Assembly (NCBI GenBank): GCA_965223845.1
Contig: CBDCXR010000004.1
Coordinates: forward strand, 4,160,001 to 4,224,000
From: Planctomycetota bacterium
Lineage (GTDB): Bacteria; Planctomycetota; UBA8108; SXIK01
Length of the DNA: 64,000 nucleotides
Direction: 5' to 3'
The position numbers and the translations under genes are program-made. The notes under the pieces are model-generated. The model was not told the DNA's origin. It searched no databases and worked only from the letters and a program-made list of their open reading frames with translations. Of this stretch, positions 58,301 through 64,000 are shown one piece after another (positions within the stretch are counted from its first letter, which is position 1; each line of letters starts with the position of its first letter).

Positions 58301-60813
58301 TCGACTACGACGAGCTCGGGAGGGCGGCAAGGGCGGTGCTCGAGCCGTTCGTCGAGTCGGGCGGAGCGGTCGTCTTCACCGGTGTCACGACGCGCACATC
58401 GCGGCTGCTCGCCGGGCTCGGACTTCTCGAGCGACTACGCTTCGTCGCTTCACGCGCCGGCCTTCCGTGCGTGGTCGAGGCGCCGCTTCATCCGATCGTG
58501 CGGGGCGTACCCCTCGAGTTCGCGGGACCGCTGTCGACGTCCGCGTATCGCTACATCGAAAGCGAGCTCGTCCCGCTCGTCGCGAGTGGCGATGCCGCCG
58601 TCGTCGCTGCGCTCGATCGCGGACTCGGGCGCTGGGTGAGCCTCGGATTCACGTTCGACGCGACATCGACAGAAAGCTCGCGGGTCCTCTTCGATAGCCT
58701 CCGCGTCCGCGCCGTCGAGGACGGTCTTCGGATTTCATCTCCGCGGACGGGATCGGTGTACGTCGCTGGCGAAACCATTCCCGTCGAATGGGTGACGCGC
58801 GGCGAGAGAGCAGGTCCGGTGAGACTTCGCTATTCGACAGACGGATCGACCGAAGAGTTCCCGCACGAACTCACGTCTGTCGATCCGCCGGAGACGGTCT
58901 ACGAGTGGGTCGCGCCGACTCCCCCCGACGGCGAACGATATCGAATCCGCATCGAGGCGCGCTGGGGCGACGAGGGTGGACTCCGTAGCGTCTCTCCCGA
59001 GTTCTTCATCGTCCGAGAGCCGCTCGAACTCCTCGTCAGCGATCTTCCCGATGGGTTCCTCGATGCTCCGTACCATGTGCCGCTCGGTGCGAGCGGAGGC
59101 GCGCCGCCGTACTCGTTCACGGTGTCGGAGCTTCCCGCCGGCCTCTTTCTCCTCGCCCCCGACGAAGGAGAAACCGAGGCGTTCCTCACCGGAACGCCGA
59201 TCGAGACGAAAACTGGGCAGGAAGTCATCGTGACGCTTCGCGATGACCTCGGAACGACAATCGCGCGAGAGTTTCAGCTCGACGTCCTCCCGAGTCAGAT
59301 GGAGATCCTCACGCCCGCAGGCGGCGAGTACCTGCTCGCCGGAGACCGACACCAGATCGAATGGATCGTGAACGGATACGTTGGCGACGCGCTCGACATC
59401 GAGCTCGAGTTCATCGACGATGGCGAATCGAACCGGTTGATGGTCGCCGAAAGCGTCGAGACGACGTCGAGCACCATCGAATGGACGGTGCCGGAGGTCG
59501 AGAGCGAGATCTGCCGGCTTCGCATCGTTTCCGATCGCGGACACCAGAGCGTTACACGGCGGACCTTCGCGATTTCGGGTCCCGGGATTACGTGTCTCGC
59601 ACCGAACGGCGCCGAAGCCTACGAAAGCGAAACGGTCCGCACGATCCGCTGGCGCTCGCTCGGAAACCCGAGTGAGCGCGTCCGCATCGAGCTCAGTATG
59701 GGCGGCGATGCGTTCGACACGCTGATCTCGGAGGACGCTCCCGATACCGGCTCCTACGAGTGGCTCGTGCCCCGATCACCTTCCGAGTCCTCGCGCGTCC
59801 GCGTGACGTCGACGACCGACGGCAGTCTCCGAGACGTCTCCGACGCGCCGTTCGCCATTCGACTCCGTACGCCGATGCGCGCGCTCGTGTGGACGCCGTT
59901 TACGGATCTCAGTCGTCTCGAAGTTCGCGGCGCCATCGCCGCGATCACTGTGTATGAAAACGATCTCGCATGGGGACTCTCCACCGCGCGAACCCCCGAG
60001 CAGCTCGCGAGCGAGCTCGTCGGCAAGGAGAGTTTCGTCATGGTGCAGCAGGACCCTGCGACCGAGGTGAATTTCGCCGCGCTCGGGCGCGCGCTCGGCG
60101 AAGTCCTCGAGACCTTCGTCGTTCGCGGCGGGACGGTCGTCGTCCTCAAGCAGCGCGGCTCGGCGAATGACTTCCTTCCGGCGACCGGGCTCTTCCATCC
60201 CACGGAGATCGGATCCGAGTTCGATGTCCCGTGCGAAGTCGCGTGGGCCGACCATCCGGTGGCGAATCAGGTGGCGCCCAAGTTCACGCCGGGGACGGCG
60301 ACGGCGTGGTACGACATCGCGGATCCCGATCACGAAGTCTACGTTACCGCTGACGGCGCGCCGGTCGTCACCGGTCGGCGAGTTGGCGATGGTCGCGTCG
60401 TCCTCGTGGGATTCGACTACCGCGACTACTCGTTCGATGCCGCGCGCGTCCTCGCAAATGCGGTGCGCATGGAGCCGTACGAGGCGCGTCCACGATTTGT
60501 CCGCGGGGACTACAACGCGGACGCACGGATCAACATCAACGACGCGTTCGGCATCCTCAACTACCTCTTCGGCAAAGGACCTCCCCCCACTTGCTTCGAT
60601 GCGGCCGATGTGAACGACAGCGCGGAAGTCGGCGATCGCCAGTTCCCGGTCAACTTGAGCGATGCCGTGCACCTCCTCAACTGGCTCTTCGGCGACGGCA
60701 AGCCGCCGCCCGCGCCGAGTCCGATGGGTGTTCACGGAGTTTCGGTCTCGTGCGGGTTTGATCCTCAGTATCGGGACGATCTGAGTTGTGAGGCGTATTC
60801 GCCTTGTGAGTAG
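52330..60813 (+). CDS. Giant C25 (gingipain-family) cysteine peptidase with Ig-like, NIDO-like and repeated glutamine-amidotransferase-like modules and C-terminal dockerin
   Basis: Propeptide (GAPGEPILP), YVIVT, YVLLGGD, SDLYY, VGRAP, catalytic NHVGHA / SQSCYAG, LGDP; GG.PPY.F Ig repeats; SPNGGE..W repeats; FVRGDYNAD dockerin. Start approximate. Confidence 0.88.
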   Translation: MGRKQSPSRGERAGARPGRTLALRFSPFLLVCALGAVGAEEGRAEDVLSVGSSIVRAFEFEAPERVPTKSGAYRIAIAGLTSYGAPGEPILPRRTVRLLLPAGHRLLEVSVETPAPIEVFRETVVEAGRAEHSPIDDDAPDPVTADASIYSSHETYPATSWRHLGTGRKHGRDIVLVEVCPIRYIPADETIAYLPWARVRVTSVPDPARTTHTISTAIASFDRYSLARLADNAPLLEESTRIDSSLATRKTTRKGVPASPGYVIVTSESLAPAFEPLADWRRKSGLTARVVTTEWIAENYDGTRPSGGEDLATKIRAFIADEYARGLRYVLLGGDADGDVDCEECEAPIVPARLLRSQALFADAIPSDLYYGCLDGSFDSDADGIYGEPNDGENGEDVDFLFEVHVGRAPVDSVEEAERFVEKTVAYDSVDGAHLPRVLLVGEYLGFGRQYDFGANLNDQIQLGTTIFFPSTGFEDSVHADFFRVETLSDRDAVGGRWDPEDLVERLERGVHIVNHVGHADISSVMKLTNREIDALADGPPFVAYSQSCYAGAFDNKRTHGGYGTDSVVEHFLTGPSGAVAFIANSRRGWASTLTADGPSQRFNRRFWNAVLRDSEFGWGAANDRSKEESVGDILVNERARWCAYELNTLGDPALRIRLASRRGTLVWDRPTYTVRTGAATPANVTLIDADLDTDPSAADRASVEITAESGARRTVELVESGPSSGVFSATVELRIAGENAPADTLEISPPESLGARYDDADGGDGAPRTTRATADAVRPLAIADPCPPSGSIGVPYRAAIDVRGGVPPYRFETQGGYVEASGPPNFEGIGGPRGWKEDDGVFSYALPFNFPFYGEDEEVVFVSTNGFLQFEENGGRDFANSEEALIASRRIAPLWLDIDTRGGDIYINEKVDSVTIRWAGDGYHTGVATNFEVELFRDGQIRFGYGRFGAGNGELLIAPTIGISAGDGIRFVISELSGRNLLSEAPSPVFVNTRLPNGLTIDPATGAIAGIPQEVYDGSVSLLARDSRGTKTAKICRLEIAPDGVEMTSPDDGTKWLRGSQQTIRWRFSGNIGSTARIDLATDPGGTDFSRVVATGVPFADLELPWTLPLVSSPTARLRIRSEDRPEFFTVSPTFAIVEPSLALLEPASGERWTIGEEVLVRWESFGDTGSEVRVSYNTSGGTSSFPLELDPAAPNTGTLRVTVPDTPGETCRLEIRSVQLPAMRAVSDVFAIRPPSLEVLSPNGGECLRAGDIVLVTWSQSGETGDDVVIEYNTDGDATRFPLSLSGGPIANSGSFAWEVPADVFDAGRIRVRSLIEPEIFDVSDAPFRTDRRCEIRALVWVPYIPRTDEQVTELIQAALLYEPDLDVQFSTQTTPEALRAELAGKDAFLVPLQKGASESIYQTLGRDLSPVLRSFMTAGGAVVICGQRFHSQRFLQATGFMSATRIGAGAELCEVVAPLHPVVLGVRPNFAGPISTAWFEVDGAGVIELARSRRGTVAAARSIGFGQITMLGFDYYNFNESTARILGNAIRLPLPRDGLRIIEPAPGQTFLQGDRVPIRWVGLGRGGGEVRIAYSTTGTEDVFPHEIAIAAPEDDGLGSVFWPAPPPPFGSSFTRAFLQIRPIAAPELAAEFEEPLFVALPLSIETESLPEASVGSPYLAPIVVRGGIPPYSFTHSDFPSGLVARSSGDTDFEIVGVPQSACAGCEVTIGVEDSTGLVTQRSFPLPVVVSRIEIERPRRDEIILAGSQYRVQWSATGDVGTTARITYNDDGDPNEFPFEAVASVPIADGGFTWRVPPINGTPRIRVQSNERESILDTSDRFLITGPTIRLDVPNGGECWTPGRQRTIRWSSAGIGDARVRVRYGFGPETELPHVIADDEENSGELSWIVPDEFADDVRILVEVIDDEGLADASDGPFRIGDDCSRDVVVWSPCPGAERSIETIEEAIRSLDPDGRLDTTGTRRPDRLSELLFNRDALVIPLNAICNTLDYDELGRAARAVLEPFVESGGAVVFTGVTTRTSRLLAGLGLLERLRFVASRAGLPCVVEAPLHPIVRGVPLEFAGPLSTSAYRYIESELVPLVASGDAAVVAALDRGLGRWVSLGFTFDATSTESSRVLFDSLRVRAVEDGLRISSPRTGSVYVAGETIPVEWVTRGERAGPVRLRYSTDGSTEEFPHELTSVDPPETVYEWVAPTPPDGERYRIRIEARWGDEGGLRSVSPEFFIVREPLELLVSDLPDGFLDAPYHVPLGASGGAPPYSFTVSELPAGLFLLAPDEGETEAFLTGTPIETKTGQEVIVTLRDDLGTTIAREFQLDVLPSQMEILTPAGGEYLLAGDRHQIEWIVNGYVGDALDIELEFIDDGESNRLMVAESVETTSSTIEWTVPEVESEICRLRIVSDRGHQSVTRRTFAISGPGITCLAPNGAEAYESETVRTIRWRSLGNPSERVRIELSMGGDAFDTLISEDAPDTGSYEWLVPRSPSESSRVRVTSTTDGSLRDVSDAPFAIRLRTPMRALVWTPFTDLSRLEVRGAIAAITVYENDLAWGLSTARTPEQLASELVGKESFVMVQQDPATEVNFAALGRALGEVLETFVVRGGTVVVLKQRGSANDFLPATGLFHPTEIGSEFDVPCEVAWADHPVANQVAPKFTPGTATAWYDIADPDHEVYVTADGAPVVTGRRVGDGRVVLVGFDYRDYSFDAARVLANAVRMEPYEARPRFVRGDYNADARININDAFGILNYLFGKGPPPTCFDAADVNDSAEVGDRQFPVNLSDAVHLLNWLFGDGKPPPAPSPMGVHGVSVSCGFDPQYRDDLSCEAYSPCE

Positions 60814-60823
60814 CGGGGCGAGG

Positions 60824-60857
60824 GTGGACGGGCGTTCGATTCCCCCCGCCTCCACCA
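60824..60857 (+). other. tmRNA (ssrA) 3'-end fragment, att-like site
   Basis: GGACGGGCGTTCGATTCCCCCCGCCTCCACCA matches the tmRNA T-arm plus acceptor 3' strand with CCA. Only 10 nt after the C25 stop, so there is no room for an intact gene; one T-stem mismatch. Confidence 0.75.
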
Positions 60858-61299
60858 CTATAAAACCCTACACAATAACCACTTGCATCCCTGGCGGTGG
60901 TGATTCTGGAACCGACGGGAATTCGGGCGGAACGGAGCCGGAACGCTCCGGCACCGGCGGGGAACAAACCCCTCTCTCGCCGCCACTTACAGATGTGGCG
61001 AGCGGAACGAGGGCGGACGAATCCGGCACGAGAGGGGAACAAGCTGGAAGCGGATTTGGGCCCCCCGTGGGCCCCACTGACGAGCTCGACCCGATAGTCG
61101 AGGAGCTCTACCAGCGTTGGCCGACTCTTCCTCGGGAAGTCCGCGCCGGAATCGTCGGAATGCTTCGAGGGATTCTTGCCGCGAATCCCGACGGCGACGG
61201 AAGTGGACGAGCCGATTAGGTAGGTATGGAAACGACTGACGAGCACACTTCACCTCTCGTCTCGAGATACACCGACCCAGGCGAGAACTCCGCCAAGGA

Positions 61300-61896
61300 A
61301 TGGCGCAGAGATTTTTGGCCGAACGAGGCCTCTGGGAAGGATTCGAAGAGAAGTTGAACGGTATCGCCGCCGGGAACATTCTGAGCGGCGACGACAAGAT
61401 TCTCTTCCGCTTCATGGTGAACGACGCTCGCACCATGGTCGAAAATGGCTGCAACTTCGCCGCCGCACTCTCCCTTCTTTGTTTCACTGAAGCTTGCGGA
61501 CGACTCTATCTTGAGAAGGTCGAAGGAGAGGAACCAGAGGGCGCAAAATACCAGAAGGGCTTTGCCGCCTTCCTTCGCGAGTGCGCCGGTTGCGACTGTT
61601 CCAAGCGATTCGCAAAGAAGTTCTACAGCGGTGTCCGGTGCAGCCTTGCGCACAGCTACTTCCTCCTTCGAGAGTCGCGCGGACTGTTGGTTTGCATTGG
61701 AGCGACAGGGGAACTCGAAGAAAACGGCTTCCGCTTGAACGGAGACACGTGGGAATTCGCTTGTATGCCGTATCTGAGACGTTTCGTCTCTGGACTCGAG
61801 AACTTGGATTCCATGGAACGCCGGACGCCCCGCCCGCGAACCTGGTGGTTAGCTCGTGCTTGTGGCTGGCTTGCACGCAAACTTCGATTCAGATAG
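61300..61896 (+). CDS. Hypothetical protein with HEPN-like RxxxxH motif
   Basis: NFAAALSLLCFTEACGRL helix, F..FL, FYSGVRCSLAH. Confidence 0.6.
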   Translation: MAQRFLAERGLWEGFEEKLNGIAAGNILSGDDKILFRFMVNDARTMVENGCNFAAALSLLCFTEACGRLYLEKVEGEEPEGAKYQKGFAAFLRECAGCDCSKRFAKKFYSGVRCSLAHSYFLLRESRGLLVCIGATGELEENGFRLNGDTWEFACMPYLRRFVSGLENLDSMERRTPRPRTWWLARACGWLARKLRFR

Positions 61897-61905
61897 CCTA
61901 ATACA

Positions 61906-62706
61906 ATGCCAGAATCGGAGTACCCCTCTCACCTTCCGAATGCGCCGCTCGCGGAGGCGATTTTTGAACTCCGCTGGGAGCTCGAGCCGAGGCCGCCCGG
62001 CATTCAACACGACCCGGGATTTCGACTGCTCCTGGGGCGATACTACGACCGGATAAGGGAGCGGTATCCCTTTGCTCAAGACTTGGCTGTGTCACAAGTC
62101 CCTGAGGACCTTGCCGCCTACGCTGTCCGTCACCAGTTTCGCGCCGGTAAGGAGGCATGGCCAGTTACGCAGCTCGGACCTGGTATTCTCACAGTTAACG
62201 AGACTCACGCGTACGAGTGGGACAAATTCCAACCACTACTACTCGAGTCCATATCGGCAACTTTTGAATCGTACCCGTCCGACATACGCAAGTTTACTCC
62301 TGCACACGCCGAGTTGCGGTATGTGAATGCTATACCTATTGAAGACGCTTCGGCTGTCATTCTTCTCGACTATCTGAGGGAGAAGCTTCACATTGACCTT
62401 TCGATTCAGGCTGACCTGTTTGAGAACCCCAACGCGTCCAAAGCGGCTGGAAGTCTCAATCTGAATCTTGGGTATGAGCTCGACCAACCGAAAGGAGTGG
62501 GCACTCTACTTTTTGCGACTGGGACAAGTGAGGGCAAGCCCGCGCTAATCTGGCAAATACAGGTCCGGTCGCTCAAAGAACACGCGCCAAAGTCCGCCGA
62601 GGAGTTCGAGCCGTGGCTCAGCGCCGCTCACGGACTTATCGAGAAGTGGTTCTTCACGCTCTGCGACGGCCCACTGTTAGAGTCCTTTCGACGGAAACCG
62701 GAATGA
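61906..62706 (+). CDS. TIGR04255 family protein
   Basis: NAPLAEAIFELRW N-terminus, QLGPGILTVN...Y.W..F, LRYVN.I, H......FF near the C-terminus. Confidence 0.85.
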   Translation: MPESEYPSHLPNAPLAEAIFELRWELEPRPPGIQHDPGFRLLLGRYYDRIRERYPFAQDLAVSQVPEDLAAYAVRHQFRAGKEAWPVTQLGPGILTVNETHAYEWDKFQPLLLESISATFESYPSDIRKFTPAHAELRYVNAIPIEDASAVILLDYLREKLHIDLSIQADLFENPNASKAAGSLNLNLGYELDQPKGVGTLLFATGTSEGKPALIWQIQVRSLKEHAPKSAEEFEPWLSAAHGLIEKWFFTLCDGPLLESFRRKPE

Positions 62707-63092
62707 GCACCGACACCTTAGAACGAACCGTCGACTTCGAACAGAGAACTGCTTGGACCAGGACTGGACTGGTTGAACATGGCGGCAACCAGCGCCCTGA
62801 TTATGAGATACCGCCAGCAGCACCCTTGCTTAGGCCCGGCAACCTGACGCGCCTCTTTATTGCGCTCACGGCGTTCACTTCTCCCACTCAGCTTGACGCG
62901 ACGTCGGATATCTACCAGTCGCTGACGACACCGACTGTCATGCGTAGGCAGTCGAGTTCGGTGTCGATATCTCTGGCTGAAGCTCGCGCACTCGCACTCC
63001 GAGTGTTGGCGGAAGCTGACCAGAGGCTTGAGGAAGAACGAGCTCGCGAGTCGGCCTTCCTTCTTGGCCCGTGGGAAGACGACGGGGGGTAG
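62703..63092 (+). CDS. Small hypothetical protein, translationally coupled to the TIGR04255 gene
   Basis: ATGA overlap at 62703-62706; S/T/P-rich middle and C-terminal helix SLAEARALALRVLAEADQRLEEER. Confidence 0.65.
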   Translation: MSTDTLERTVDFEQRTAWTRTGLVEHGGNQRPDYEIPPAAPLLRPGNLTRLFIALTAFTSPTQLDATSDIYQSLTTPTVMRRQSSSVSISLAEARALALRVLAEADQRLEEERARESAFLLGPWEDDGG

Positions 63093-63101
63093 ACGAACAG
63101 A

Positions 63102-63737
63102 ATGATTTACGAACAGGTAGGTCGGAAACCGATTCGCCAAGGAGATATTTTTCGTGCAGTTCCTCGAGTCGAGGTCTCGCTGTCGCAATTGGCCGTTCTC
63201 GAAGACACTCGCACGACCCGAACGACTTGGCAGGAACTACTTCGGCAGGATTCGTCGAGGCAGGGTGTCGTCGCGGTCCTCCCCATAAAACCCGTCACTG
63301 GGGTCGTTGTCACTCAGGACTGCGACGCAACGCGAGGTGAGTATATCTACCTGGCCGAAGTTACGAAACTGGAGACGGCCGCCAACCTCAAGAACCTACC
63401 GTCCAAGCCTGCCAAGTGGGTCAACCAGCTCCGTAGGATTTCCGATACGAATCCCCGCCTGTTTTATTTGCCAGAAGCTCCAGAGTTCGAGTTAGAGGAC
63501 CGCTCGGCTGCTGACTTCCGTGTTCTTCTTCGCGTCTCAAGACTCGACCTTGAGGACATGCGAGACCGCCGCGTCGGACGTTTAAACGCCGTGGCCAGAG
63601 AGCACTTTCGGGAAGCTCTCGGACACTTCTTTCGCCGGTACGCTCTGAACGCTTGGTATCCGTTCACAAAGGAAGAGTTTCAAGCTTACGCGGCCGATTG
63701 CCCGGAGGAGGTCGAGGCATACCCGTGGCAAGAATAA
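63102..63737 (+). CDS. Hypothetical protein with QGDI...VVTQDCD motif
   Basis: IRQGDIF, GVVVTQDCD, FYLP, DF, RL....REHF......FFRR; starts 9 nt after the previous stop. Confidence 0.75.
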   Translation: MIYEQVGRKPIRQGDIFRAVPRVEVSLSQLAVLEDTRTTRTTWQELLRQDSSRQGVVAVLPIKPVTGVVVTQDCDATRGEYIYLAEVTKLETAANLKNLPSKPAKWVNQLRRISDTNPRLFYLPEAPEFELEDRSAADFRVLLRVSRLDLEDMRDRRVGRLNAVAREHFREALGHFFRRYALNAWYPFTKEEFQAYAADCPEEVEAYPWQE

Positions 63738-63963
63738 TTGAGTGAAGCACACGGCGGGCGCGTTCGCGCTGGTTGGGGGCGAGGCAGCTTTTTTCGAGCG
63801 TTTTATTTTTCGACAGTCGAGCCAAAGTCGCCGTTTGCGCTCTTGCGGATTTCTTGCTCCGGTTTTTTCTCGCGAAGAAAAAGAATGTTCGCAATAATGT
63901 CACTGCCCTTTCGGAAGAAGACGAAAGGCGAGAAGAGTGACGCAGTCGGGTAGTGAAGTTTTG

Positions 63964-63999
63964 GCCCGCGAGGTGGAGAGCCTCGCGGGCTTTTCTTTT
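63964..63999 (+). terminator. Rho-independent terminator
   Basis: GCCCGCGAGG-TGGAGAG-CCTCGCGGGC followed by TTTTCTTTT. Confidence 0.85.
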
Positions 64000-64000
64000 G

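Larger units (their letters stand above)
60858..64000. mobile_element. Left part of a putative genomic island
   Basis: Begins at the tmRNA fragment; visibly lower GC and different codon usage; sporadic, defence-like cargo. No integrase inside the window. Confidence 0.65.

Noticed and set aside
1219-60858. Numerous long antisense and alternative-frame ORFs in the ORF track
   Set aside because: Expected shadow ORFs in high-GC DNA; they lack motifs and overlap well-supported genes.
60824-61100. Permuted two-piece tmRNA gene (GGTGATTCTGGAACCGACGGG at about 60899 resembles a tmRNA 5' end)
   Set aside because: The G3-U70 pair cannot form, the T-stem has a mismatch and no tag-peptide frame is evident; better explained as an att fragment, though an ARAGORN/Infernal run would settle it.

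Overview
High-GC bacterial DNA, most likely a Planctomycetota genome (inferred from the sulfatases, PVC-type CxxCH heme protein, DUF1570-like, DUF885 and PQQ-like propeller proteins and many Cys-rich C-terminal dockerins). Bases 1-60.8 kb are host-like. They include (i) an OsmC-family peroxidase gene missed by the ORF track because its catalytic codon is an in-frame TGA followed by a SECIS-like hairpin (probable selenoprotein); (ii) a five-gene signalling locus: NarL-type regulator, coiled-coil protein, a membrane protein with a longin/roadblock-like, BON-like and OmpA-like architecture, a Rab-like small GTPase and a cytoplasmic histidine kinase; (iii) seven large secreted proteins ending in a dockerin, including three tandem FG-GAP paralogs, a 2827-aa C25 protease and a protein with three cohesin-like repeats, plus two decayed dockerin remnants, with no glycoside hydrolases; (iv) a CarH/LitR-type B12 photoreceptor, a short Rho and assorted small regulators. 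At about 60.82 kb a tmRNA 3'-end fragment marks a junction into a visibly lower-GC island carrying a HEPN-like gene and a TIGR04255-anchored three-gene module. All family calls come from motif recognition by eye; no database searches were run, and start codons are best estimates.
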